A DNA stretch of 63,905 bases, filler included, from Dimargaris cristalligena (Eukaryota), in NCBI GenBank assembly GCA_003614675.1. It is 3 parts of 3 records of this genome, joined end to end, with 100 filler letters (N's around TTAATTAATTAA, not from the genome) between each part and the next. Parts side by side here need not be neighbours in the genome. Positions count along the whole stretch, not along the records: positions 22,208 to 44,293 come from ML002639.1; 2 more parts are not named here. One strand, written 5' to 3'. This document shows, piece after piece, positions 23,130-34,702 of this stretch. Made by a program: the position numbers and the translations under genes. Position 1 is the first letter of the stretch, and each line of letters starts with the position of its first letter. The notes under the pieces were generated by a model that worked only from the letters and a program-made list of their open reading frames with translations, made no database searches and had not been told where the DNA came from.

Positions 23130-26100
23130 CTACACCGAGATGGGGTGCTGTTTGATCAAATTGTACAAATTGGTCAAATCGTGGGTGTCCAGGGCTTGTA
23201 AAAACAAATAGACGGGATCGTACTTGTGGCCGGTCGTCATGAGGTAGAACTCGAGGGCCTGGATGAGTTTGATTTTGCTGAATGGCTCAGGCGGCTCCGA
23301 GAATTGGGATGCCGAAGTATGTTGTTGCTGATACTGCTGCTGCTGCTGTTGTTGTTGCTGCTGCTGCTGGTAGTGCTGGTTGTTATCGGGCCAGGCCGAA
23401 GATGGGCCACCCAGTGGCGGTTGGGGTGAGGAATTGCAAGACGACCCAGTGGTCATGGGACTCGACGTCGATCCTACGGACGGGTTGGGTGGCCTTTGGA
23501 AGTTGGAGGAAGTGGAGGAAGAGGAAGCGTGGTGATTATGGGTCGTTGGTTGTGATGAGGGTGGAAGTGGAGGTGGTGGTGGTGGTGGCGGAGGATGATA
23601 AGCCAACGTATTGGCGGGAAAAGTGGCCAAGGCAACCGGTTGGCGTTGGTAATCCACCATACGACCCTCCGAATTGAAGACGTAACGGGGTTGGGAGTAA
23701 TCCATTTCGAACTCCGCTTCCTCCGACCGTTCCCCACCCGCAGCAAGCTGGGGGTCGTTGGTGTATTGATCGGGGGGTGGGGTCTGTTCGGGGGAGAGTT
23801 TATTGGTAAAGCTGCTGCCCCCCGCTAATACGCCATTCCCCCCCTGGGGCGTCGAAGGATTGCGGTTCCCATGTGGGGCCGCCGCCGCTGCCCCTCCTCC
23901 TGATGGGACGTAGGGTCCACCTAACCCGAGGACATCCCCGCCATCCAGAGGGGTCGCAGCGGGATTCGGGAAGGTATTCGATGGGGTAAGTGAAGGGATG
24001 GGGTGTCGCGGCCCAGTCGGCGAAACGGCCGTGGAGTGAGGTGGGGTGGTGGAAGAAGTGGCGGTGGTGGTGGTGGTGGTGGTATTACTCATATCCGACC
24101 ACTGGTCCATTTTGGCCACAAAGAGCCGCAATAGTTCAGAAAACAGGGCATTCTGTTGCCAGTACCGGGTGGTCTGGACAATGGCATGGTGATATAGGCG
24201 AATATGGTCCAAGGCTCTCCGGGCGGGTACGTTGCCAGCTAGCTGGGCGGCGCAGAGGGCCGGTAGGTGCGCAGCGATGGGGATCGGAACCGGGTCGCCT
24301 CCGGACGCGGATGGGTCATGGCCGGACGATGAGGAAGGAGGAGGAGGAACCGTCGCCAATTGCGGTTCCGTGGCTTCCGAATTTTCGCCAAACGCCGACG
24401 GTGAATTAGTCAGAAATAGTTCCGCGGAGATGGGTAGATAGGCCAAGACCGAGGCGCCCATTAATTTCAGTAGCACGTCCCGCATGTAGGCCAGGCAGCA
24501 GTGGTAGATGGTAGCACCAAACGTGGGGAAATGGTAGCGGGTATCCATATTAGCCGATAATTCCAAAGCCAACGAGACCCGATCCACTGCGTGCAAACAC
24601 CGACCGTGGATTAAGCTGATTTGGTCAAAGTAAAGCTGCCGGCGTTCGGCCGACTCCGCACCCCCAGCATCGTGCATGCCACCCCCGGCCCAGGCGGCTG
24701 GGCCCGTCGGTGTCATAAACGGCACTGGAGTGGTTAGGAACATGGGGCTAGCTTCCAGCAAGGAGAAAAGGTACGCGGAGTTGAGTGAAATGACAATCCC
24801 AAAGTATTGGATGTGAAAGAAGAGCAGGGCCGCAAATGTAGCCGGGCATTGGGCAATGGCCGTGGGGCTATTTTCCTGGTTAAGGTTAAAATATTGGGGG
24901 AGTCGGGCGTACCAGGTATCCAAATCGCCCTGTAAATGGTCAAAGGCCTGCCAAGCCCGCTTGCGGTGGTACTTGGCCGCGTCACCCGCCGAGGCGAGGA
25001 GGGGGTTGGGGACACCGGGTATTTGGCGGGCCAAGTGGAGCACGACGGTTTGGTTCACGGTTAACCCGAGGGTGCGTAATTCAATGTCATAATGCAAGGT
25101 ACTGGGTTCCGATCGGGTAGTGGAATAATGGGTCGCGGCCAAGTAGTCCCGCTGGATCGGTAGCGGGAACCCCGGGTTGGCGGTAATAAGGGCGGTGATG
25201 TAGGTCTGATCATCGGACGGATAGAGAATGTATTTCGGGGAGCGTACCCGGGCGTAGGTCTGAGGGAGTCGCCACCCCATGGGGGCAATCCCGAACCGTT
25301 CCATCATCCACCATACCCGACGGGAGATTTCCCGATTGAGCCACTGGCCCTCGGGCAAGGTGTGCAGCTCGGCTTCGGACGCATCGTGGTCCACCTGGTG
25401 GAGGTGAATGTCCTGGGCTACGCTGTACGACAATCCGGTGTACATGTTGGACACCAGGACCTGGCCAAGTGTGTACTTGTAGATGCTAGTGGTTAAAAGC
25501 GCCGTAACCGTCTCGGGCACAGGGTTCTCCAGTAGGGCGGGGAGAAGGGCCAGGGCGCGGGTGAAGTATTGGCGACCCAAGATGGAAACCCCGGTACTAT
25601 CCCGGGTGGCAGCCAAGGGGTGGTCCGAAAACTGGCATCCGGTGGCGAGGACCAGATACACCAGACAGGTCGGTGGAGGGAGTTCCGCCAGGGGTGCCGA
25701 CGCTGGAACGGCTAAAGGAGGCGGGGGCGATGAACCCAGGGGTACAGGGGAGGGAGCCCCCGGAGCGAGGGCCAAAGAGGCCATGGCGGTCTGCTGAGTG
25801 GTCATGTAACCGGGGTCGGCCGGGCTGAGGTTAGCAAACCAGGGGAAGGGGGTTGCACTGGATCGGGGCGAGGGGTCACCGCCGCCATCACCACTACTGC
25901 CGTTGACGGCGGCCGGGGAGCTAGTCAGGAGGGGGGATAGACTGCGGGCGAGCCACTGGGATTCGTGCTGGATTTCGGAGATGGAGCCTATGCGGGGACG
26001 ATATCCGGTGGGCTGAGGAGATACCGAGGAGGCGGGGGCGGGAGAAGCCCCACCCCCACTCCCCCCACTCTGTAGCCACCGGCACACGAAGTGATGGCTA

Positions 26101-26858
26101 ATGAAGAACAGGGGATGAAAGAAACGGAAGTAGTCGTACAATAGATGCCGTATAATGTCGGGGCTGTGGAGTCCCCGGAGCAAGGTGCGGGTTTCCAGTT
26201 GGTATTGGGGGGAAGTAAATGAAGGCGGGCTCTGGAGGATGGGAATACCATTCCAGGCCGTTGATAGGGGGTAAGGCCAGTTACTGGGGAAACCGGCTAA
26301 TGAGTAGGATGGGTACGCAGACGACGGGGGCGATGATAATAATGAGGGCGATAGCGATAGGGTCAAGGCTGAAGATGAGAACGAGGTGGTGGGCAATGGG
26401 GGAGGAGCCGGAAGGGGTAACGGTGGCCGGTGGGGACCTTCGCTCGTCGGATCAGGGTTAGGGTTCGATCGTAGCTGAGTCATCATGGCTTCCAATTCGT
26501 GGAGCTGCGACTGGAGATTTTTAATCCGTTCGACATTGTGGTGGTATTTATGGCGGGCGGAGGCGACCCGGCCCGTGGACCCGGTATTGGATGGGATAGT
26601 AGCCGAGGTATTATTAGTAGTAGTGGTGGTGGCAATGGCATTCGCCGTGACCGACGGGCGTCGACCCGAGCGGGAGTCGGTTCCGGGTGAATCGAGGGCA
26701 TCGAGTAGTCGATGTCGCCGCCGGTACTCACAGGCCACATTGGCCTTGAGACACCGTTGGCAATCGGGTTTGACGCCGTCGCATTTTTTCTTGAGACGCC
26801 GGCATCGGTCGCAGGACCGGAGGAGCCCCGGCGTCCCCAAGGGCTCAACCGATGACAT
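23130..26858 (-). CDS. Zn(II)2Cys6 transcription factor with fungal-specific middle domain
   Basis: SCDRCRRLKKKCDGVKPDCQRCLKANVACEY; coiled coil; YFRFFHPLF; REISRRVWW; poly-P, poly-Q and poly-T tracts; intronless. Confidence 0.95.
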   Translation of the reverse strand: MSSVEPLGTPGLLRSCDRCRRLKKKCDGVKPDCQRCLKANVACEYRRRHRLLDALDSPGTDSRSGRRPSVTANAIATTTTTNNTSATIPSNTGSTGRVASARHKYHHNVERIKNLQSQLHELEAMMTQLRSNPNPDPTSEGPHRPPLPLPAPPPLPTTSFSSSALTLSLSPSLLSSPPSSAYPSYSLAGFPSNWPYPLSTAWNGIPILQSPPSFTSPQYQLETRTLLRGLHSPDIIRHLLYDYFRFFHPLFFISHHFVCRWLQSGGSGGGASPAPASSVSPQPTGYRPRIGSISEIQHESQWLARSLSPLLTSSPAAVNGSSGDGGGDPSPRSSATPFPWFANLSPADPGYMTTQQTAMASLALAPGAPSPVPLGSSPPPPLAVPASAPLAELPPPTCLVYLVLATGCQFSDHPLAATRDSTGVSILGRQYFTRALALLPALLENPVPETVTALLTTSIYKYTLGQVLVSNMYTGLSYSVAQDIHLHQVDHDASEAELHTLPEGQWLNREISRRVWWMMERFGIAPMGWRLPQTYARVRSPKYILYPSDDQTYITALITANPGFPLPIQRDYLAATHYSTTRSEPSTLHYDIELRTLGLTVNQTVVLHLARQIPGVPNPLLASAGDAAKYHRKRAWQAFDHLQGDLDTWYARLPQYFNLNQENSPTAIAQCPATFAALLFFHIQYFGIVISLNSAYLFSLLEASPMFLTTPVPFMTPTGPAAWAGGGMHDAGGAESAERRQLYFDQISLIHGRCLHAVDRVSLALELSANMDTRYHFPTFGATIYHCCLAYMRDVLLKLMGASVLAYLPISAELFLTNSPSAFGENSEATEPQLATVPPPPSSSSGHDPSASGGDPVPIPIAAHLPALCAAQLAGNVPARRALDHIRLYHHAIVQTTRYWQQNALFSELLRLFVAKMDQWSDMSNTTTTTTTATSSTTPPHSTAVSPTGPRHPIPSLTPSNTFPNPAATPLDGGDVLGLGGPYVPSGGGAAAAAPHGNRNPSTPQGGNGVLAGGSSFTNKLSPEQTPPPDQYTNDPQLAAGGERSEEAEFEMDYSQPRYVFNSEGRMVDYQRQPVALATFPANTLAYHPPPPPPPPPLPPSSQPTTHNHHASSSSTSSNFQRPPNPSVGSTSSPMTTGSSCNSSPQPPLGGPSSAWPDNNQHYQQQQQQQQQQQQYQQQHTSASQFSEPPEPFSKIKLIQALEFYLMTTGHKYDPVYLFLQALDTHDLTNLYNLIKQHPISV

Positions 26859-27905
26859 CACGTGACTGATCCGATGATCGGAGATGGAAATCCCTCAAAA
26901 GAGAAGAAGGTGAGATAGTCGTGGTAATGATGGTGATGGCAATGAATAGTATAATAAGGAGGGCAAAGAGAAGACTTGGGCCGCCCACACGAACATCCAA
27001 GGTTCGAAATACGACGACTAAGAGATGCCAATATCTGGATTTACGCGGGTGTTGAATGTGTGAATGGGGGAATGTAGCCGGGACGACTGTGTCGAATTTG
27101 GTAGATAAGGGGAAGCGGCTGGTTGGCTTAGGGGAGGAGGGCCCTGAACCATAATCTGGATGGAATATCGTTAGATAGATTAGAGACAGTAGTACAAGCC
27201 AAGGCCAAGGGGAAGGTTAGACCAATGTAATTCGGAATATGTAATAGAAAATGGGCCCCAAACGAGGACTAACTGATGATAGCGACGATAAGGGAGGTCG
27301 ATATGAACGACGGATAGATAGATGGAGAGTGTGTGTCTGTGCGCATAGGGAGGTAGGACAAGTAATACAGCGTATGTTTGAATAATGGCTTTGGTGGGGA
27401 GGTGGATAATGGCAGAAGAGGAGTGATAATGCTTACATAATGGCCCGAAGTCGGCGGGGGATAAGACGAGAGTATATTTCGGCAGAACGACGGAGTCGTT
27501 GCGCTGGCTAGGGTCACGTGGAGTATAAAGAACAACCGGGATAGGACGGATAGAACGGGTCACCCACCCACCCCAACATAGACTTAGAGGAACGGGTCAG
27601 AATGGAGAAGAAGTAGGGATATAGAGAGAGAGGGAGAGAGTCGTCAGGAACGGGCGCGTAAATACGAGTCACTTTGTCCAATAACGGAGTAGAGGCCGAA
27701 AGAAGCCGTGGCGGGAGAGAGGGGTGGGCGCTCCGGAGCGAAGGAATACGAGGGGGCGAGTGTGGCGGAGGAATAGAGGGAGATATAGGTCAAGAGAACG
27801 GAAGGCAGGAAGTAACGAAGCAAAAATGGAATAAACGAAAGAAAGGGACCACAAGGCCGGTAACAAAGAACGCGGTACCAGATAAAGAGTGACAGGTCAA
27901 AGACT

Positions 27906-27938
<33 letters not shown>

Positions 27939-27943
27939 CAGAG
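27906..27943. repeat. (GA)n microsatellite; others at about 17082-17099, 20054-20070, 27622-27640 and 48210-48226
   Basis: Direct reading. Confidence 0.85.
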
Positions 27944-29186
27944 GGGGAGGGATGCCCCTTTATTTGGCCTCCACGATCATTAGGGTGTTTTATAACTACT
28001 GCTCTTCTTGGCTGTTATTGTTTGGTTGAGCGGCTGCGATGTCTTCCCTTTCCCGAAGGGGTCTTTACCTGGCCCAAGGAAGGAAGCTACCTTTGTCTTC
28101 ACTGCGGGACTGTGGACGTCTTGGCCTTCGTTTCCCGCCGGGGCAGTAGGATTAATCATCTATCCGTCCGTCCGTCCGTCGTCTGTCCGTTCGTTCATAA
28201 AAGGACGGGCCATGGGTCTTCATTACGATTACGTCTTTGTGACAGGAGGTGCGTCGCCTCTCTCTCGGCCCAATGCCTTGCAGCAGCCTGCACCTGGGCA
28301 CTGAGACTCTTTTAGGCAGCCGAAGAAGACCCCCTCCTCTTTCTTCGGTTGGATCATGAAGGCCCCGTCATTCCTACTCTACTCTAATGTTGACTGGTTG
28401 TTGGTAGCTGATGGATTGATTGAATGGGGCTAATAAACGTCAGGGGTGGACTGGATCCAAACTCTCCCCCCAAGGGGATCAGACGACGCCGGACCGTGCA
28501 GATATCGACTGTGTTGTTTGCAGCCCTGCCTTACTAAGCCATGCTGCCGATAAACCCCCCCCTCACCTCCTCTCCGCAATAATATAACTCGACCCGAATC
28601 GAACCAAATCAAGTCAAGTCAAATCAAATCAAATATCAAATCGACTGCTCCCAATCTTCTATATACACATTGGCATACAACAGCACAGAGAAACACACAC
28701 GCACACCCAGAGGCGACACCCACACATTCAAAGCCAAGGAAGGCGCCAACCAAACGGGGGTGACGACTGTAAAATTAGGAAGACTGCGTTACTGAATGGG
28801 ATCGTAAACCAGTTTCACCCCTCCTCCGCTTGAAATGGCCCAAGGTTCTGTATATGTGTGTCAGCCGGCCCCCGCATAGCCGGGTTCTTGCTGACCCTTC
28901 TTCCATTCGCATTTCCACTTCTTTGTGATGGGAGAGGTTTCACTTTCATTTTGCAGGTTACTTTTGTATTTGATTTCATTTTAGTTGGCTATACAGTACA
29001 ATCCATGTCGGTACAGTGCCAATACCGTCCCTAATGACCCGCGTTGGAACACGGACTCGATCTAAATAAAGGAAACCAGAGATTTGCGATTCATTCATTT
29101 GGAAGAGAAATAAATGAAGCAAACGCCCTCTGGAAGGCGGAGAAGGTGGTCGAATAAAATGCCAAATTGAAAAATGAAAATGAAAT

Positions 29187-29256
29187 CGAAGCGAGTCAAG
29201 TCGAGCCAAATTAAGTCAAACCGAAGCGAATCAAGTCGAGCCAAATCAAGTCAAAC
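29187..29256. repeat. 35-bp tandem duplication built from AARTC/GARCC-type pentamers; related pentamer run at about 28596-28643
   Basis: cgaagcgagtcaagtcgagccaaattaagtcaaac followed by cgaagcgaatcaagtcgagccaaatcaagtcaaac. Confidence 0.85.
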
Positions 29257-32200
29257 CAAACCCAATCATCTATTAAAAAGAAGAAGGCTAAAGGTTAAGT
29301 GACCGGGAAAATCCTTGATTGGGCCTGGTAGATAGGGTGATTGTCATACCAGTCAGTGGAGTTCGCCATCACGTACACCCGTATGTGTTGTGTGGGTTGG
29401 TCCGATGGAAGAGAAAAAAAGGGTGTGGATTCGCAACTCCACATACACACCTCATCCAGCTCGGGATTAAAATGGCCCGTCGGTATACGGTGGGTTGGGT
29501 TTGTGAAAACGAAGTGGGCCCACGGCCGAGCACTTGGGATTTATACTACCAGAGTGACGTGTACAGCGGATGGCTGTAGTCGTCAGGTTGCATCGGACTC
29601 TAGCCATGGATACACAGCTATTGCTACTACCACTATTACTAAGCCATACTATATATACATTGGGACTGGTAACACCTCCATTAAGCCATTTAGACATAGT
29701 AGACCTGTACTGCTGGCTACGGCTACTAGCATCTAATGCACCAGATCTGTGTGTCACAGGGGGGTGGAAAAACGGGCACCGCCTGGCTGTGGATTACTGC
29801 TAAACCCCCCCCCCCAGGCGAAATCCCTCAGTACCCGGGGTTACCCAGTAAACGCCGGCTGCCTATAGAATTAAACGTTAACTGGGGAAGGAAGGGAAGA
29901 GTGGGGGGGACTCGCTGTAATCCCTCCTCACCTGTCTATTCGGCTGACAGGTCACGGGGCTCCAACCACGTCTTCCTATATCAGCAACCAATCCCCGATG
30001 CCCACCCAAGTCTTCTGCCATCCAATCCAGCTGAGTGGGTGTTTGGTCACCAGGGATGATGGATTGCGCGGCAATGGCCGGGTTTATTAACCCTTGTCAT
30101 GGCTGGTATGGGCTATAATTATAACTATAATAATTATAATGCTATTGTACCATTATATATTCCCTTGGTCCAGCGTTTCATGCACGCCCTGCGAACCGCC
30201 GGTTGGCTTCCCCATTTGCCTATTGTTGCTTATTATAAATCGCCATGTAAGTAAGAGGGGCCCGGTCAGTAGTGCCACACACACTGCCGCTAGGATCCGG
30301 GGGTAAATAAAACCCCCAACCTACAGTGATCGTCCAAGCAGGAGAGAGACGGTTGGATTCTATTTTAAAAAAAGCAAAACCGGTTCCGTCATGGAAGAAT
30401 CCCAGCTCCACAGTGGCTCCCCTCGACTGTCTTGGACTCTGCTGGGCCAGGGGGATTTGAAATATACATACTCACTCTTTCGATGGTTCTCCACTTGAGG
30501 GAGGGTGTGCGGAACTCTTGCCTAGTTGGGTCGGCTTGTAATCTCGATGGGCGCTTCGTGCTAACCAATCATTCACCCACATCGCCCCGGCTGTGGCTTT
30601 TGGTGGATAGACAGGTAAATTCAGAATCAGACTAACGCGAGTAGAAGAGTAGTGTGTGATATGTGCGCGTATCCTTGACGTGCCCTTTTTCGCCCTTTTG
30701 GTCGCTGGCTTGTCAATTTCCTGGTCCTGACAGTCTAACCGGGCCCATAAAGAGACTATGATATGCCAAACTTCCCGTGGAAAGGGCATCCGTGGCTCAG
30801 TCTATTCTATTTGTTTTATAGACATTGGGCCTCTCCTCCACACCACGCCATGCCATGTATGTTGTGTATATATGTATCCACACCCCTCCAATGCCTTTTT
30901 ATCAAATACGGCTCGATTGAATAAAAACATCCTCCTCCACCTGAACTGGTAATGGAGCTCTACTTTAGGACTCGATGCCAGTGATTGGAGGGAAATGGGA
31001 TGGACAGAGTAAAGCTATATAGTGTCTCCCAAAAAAGGGAAGAATGGGCAGAAGTGGCCTCTTCTCCATCAGCCCCAAACATTACCAGCCAGTGTTAGTA
31101 TTGGTATTGGTAGAGTGGTGGTGGGGACTCTTTAGGCTGTTGTCACCTAACAGCACCTAGTGGGAGAGAACGAGGTGGGGGGGCTGCTAGGAAAATAGAA
31201 TGGCATCCCTCCTCTTCCTCCTCCCCTAGAGTAGTGCCAAGGCCTAGTGGGTGTGTTATAAGTCGTTTCATATTACCTCCTGTGGCTTCTTGTTTATCCA
31301 CTCGACTGTAACTTCTCCTTTTTCATTCTAATTTACATGACATCTGTGCCCTTCCCCCTGAATTACGCGTCGCTTGGTCCCGGAATTATAGAACCGAACA
31401 AACTACATATCTCCCCGGCCTTGCACTGCTGTGCCGCTACCCATATTATATGGCTATGTCTAATTCATCCTTCATGACCCATATTCAATAGGGAGAGGCT
31501 ACATGGGTGGGGGGGGGCGAATGCACACTTGGTCCGGTTCGGGAACCATGATTGGCAATAGTGGTGCATACCAAACTGGCAACTCCCGCAAGATACGCAC
31601 AAAATGGACTTGGGTCTAAAAAAGCTGGCTTAAAATGGCCCAACCCTTTTCCCGTGGATTCATTGATCTGGCCATAAGATATTCCAGTTGCATTACATTC
31701 TCCCCTAAATTGCATGGATCTCCCTTTTTTTTTTGCTTCCACCACAGCACTTGGTTGTATTCACCGGCTTCATTTCTCCCTCATTAGTAGGAGTTGCTTT
31801 TTATACATATTATTATTATAAAACTAAAAAGTAGAATTATAATGGTTGCTAGTGATAACTAGCCCCGTCTGCAAATTCGCCCGGAAGGTGAGACCTCATT
31901 GTGATACTTGTCCTCAAGAGTATGGTCATTTGGGATACGTCCCAGACGATCGAGCCGTCACCAAAGATGGTCAGTCCGTTAAAGGTCATATTTAAATTAA
32001 AGCTCAGATCATATATCTATGGTGACATTTGGCTGCTTGCCAAAAAAATGGATCGTCGAAAGGCTCATGTGATGGGTGGGGTAAATCGGAGTACATTATC
32101 GGGCCCCCTGTCCAGAAAAATAATAATCGATGGTTGGGAGTTACTGGCCATCCTATACCCCCCCCTCTCATAAGAATCGGGGAGCAATTGGAAGTACAGC

Positions 32201-32923
32201 CGTTTAAGGAGGATGGTTAGTCGAAATGACAGGTCGTTGAGCCTAACCAGCCCCTCGCATCCCGTTGGGATATTCCGATGCTCGCCGTCTCCAGTGTTGG
32301 AGGGGGGGGGTAGTGCTCTTTATTGGATAATGGGATTCGGTAGGACCCCTAATGGATACCAAAAAACGGAATATCCGGAAATTAATGTAGAATTCGGGAT
32401 CAGCTGGGTTGCCAATCATAGTCGATTCTACTGGAAAATTACTAGGGTAATCCAATTTAACCAGGGGGATCCATCAATCCGGTACGATTATTTCTTGTCG
32501 CAAACCCTCCTCCCCCAATACGGTGAGGTATATTCCAACCATCGATATAGTCAAATATACACATAAACCTGGGCATTAGGTTATTCCCCGCCTATTTCTC
32601 CATTGCCGCCGTATGGATGATTCCACATAGGCGGAGCTTCTATTACCATCCCGAAATCATTTCATGTGGATCGGCTAGGGTAAACCAGCTACGAAGGGCA
32701 AGATGCGCTACTTTGACCGCCATATCCAATTCTATTCTCCCGCCCGTTCGCTCAATCACTCTTCGCCTTTAGCCGGTTTATTGGAAGTGTGTGAAAGGAG
32801 CGACCCCCACCCACCTTCATGGCGGATTTTTTTTTTGAATTCGGAATAATCCAGACCCTGGGCATACAGTCATGTCGAACAAAAACAATGGAAGATGACC
32901 TCCGACTTTTTGTATACCCATTA

Positions 32924-34364
32924 TTACAGCCGAGTTAGAATGTCGCAGCCATTCTCTGTAATCATGATCATGTGTTCGAACTGAGCCGAGCGGCCTCCAT
33001 CTTCCGTGGCGATAGTCCAGTTGTCCGGCCATAGTACTGCCCCGGTGGCCCCCTGGCATAGCGCTGGCTCAATCGTAAAGACCATACCGGGCACCATGAT
33101 ACCGGGCTCGTCATTAATGTGGTGCAAAATAGTGGGCTCGGCATGGAATTGGCGGCCGATTCCGTGACCGGCCAGTAATTCGGCTACCTGGAGTCGTTTG
33201 GATTTGGCATACTCGCTATAGATTGGGTCCCATCCACGATAACCATTAGTTAAGTAAGTCAAATTGATCAAGGTCAAGGTAGGACGGGTGGGGATGGTTA
33301 GAGACCGTACTACTTTCCAAAGCGAGGCTACACGGTGGCCCTCAATTAGTTAGGCAAAGGTGAGAGGAATTAGACCCAAGTTGTGCAGTACAGGTAATTA
33401 GACGGCTTGGTGTGACTTTACCCAATGGTTGCTCCAATGTGGCTTAGGGGGATTCCTGGCGCGCATATGGCAATGGCTTTCTCAAGTGCCTCTTCGGTAA
33501 CTTGCACCAGGTGCCGGCCTGGCGAATCGACTTGACCGACCAAAAATGTGCGCGATGTGTCCCCATGGAATCCGTTTAAATATACCTATAGAATATGCGA
33601 TTCATTGAAAGGAATGCCACGGTAGGGGAAACCAGCGCATAATTAAAGTATACTTCGGGATTAGTATACCAGTCACTCAACATAATAAGGGAGAGCAGAC
33701 AAAGGCTCCGTGGGTACTGTTGGAAATTAAGCGCACGTACTGTTATATCAATATTGATGATATCCCCGTCGCGAAGGGGCCGGTCATCGGGGATTCCGTG
33801 CGCCATCACATTATTGACACTAGTACAACACGATCGCGGGAAGCCCTTGTATAACAGTGGCGAGGGGTAAGCCCCCCTTTCAATGGCAAATTCGTGGACC
33901 AGTTCATCTAATCGACCGGTTGTGATGCCCGACTGTACGTGGGTTTCGATAAATCGGAGGGTTTGGGCCGCTAGTTGACCCGCCTGACGGAGTCCCTGGA
34001 TATCGAGGGGATCATGGAACAAATTCGAGGAACTGCCGTTGTCGTCGTCGTTAGTTGGCGTAGACGAAGAGAAGGAGGAAGAGGAGGTGGGGGGGGATTG
34101 GAAATACGAGTTGGGAAACGAACCAGCAGGAACATATGTCGGTAGGGGAAGGGCCGAAGGGATGGGGCGGGGTGGAGGGAACGGGACAGGCCTTAGGCTT
34201 TGGGGTACGATTCGATCGAATTGACCAAAGTGGCCTCCGAGGCGAGAAGCTGGCGAACGACGGACACGTAGGGAGGCCCGAGAGGTAGTGTGAAATGGCC
34301 GGGCACAAGCCTCGAAGAGGCTACCAACCAGGCGCCCGATGGGCCGTGGAAATCGAAGGGCCAT
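32924..34364 (-). CDS. Methionine aminopeptidase type I, MetAP1D-like (mitochondrial), 3 exons
   Basis: Exons 34364-33741, 33585-33422, 33215-32924. GAYPSPL, CTSVNNVMAHGIPD, metal ligands in INIDITVY, HGDTS, GHGIG, FTIEP, AQFEH. No N-terminal zinc finger; Arg-rich presequence. Confidence 0.93.
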
Positions 34365-34702
34365 GGCTAATAGTAAGGGGGTTAGTAGTTAAGTTATATA
34401 CGGAAGGGGCAGTAGAGATTTATTTAAGTAGCGTAATCAACCCATTGAGAACAGGTGTGGTTGGAATGTATGACAGCCCATGCGAGTTTGGAACAGTAGG
34501 AAAGCTACATATATATATATTGGCATTTGAATCCGGCTAGACCACATTCACATTGCCGCCAATCGCATTGCACCTTGAACCTATCCTTAATATTTTACGA
34601 AATAGCTCCCCACTCTTCCCATTCAGCGTTTACTTGGTATCCCTTTTTTCTTTGGTTCGAGTCTAACTTCATTCTACCCAAAGGCTTTACTGTACTTTGC
34701 TC

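Noticed and set aside
27001-27012. GGTTCGA T-loop-like motifs here and near 34654 as tRNA genes
   Set aside because: No flanking cloverleaf stems or A-box found
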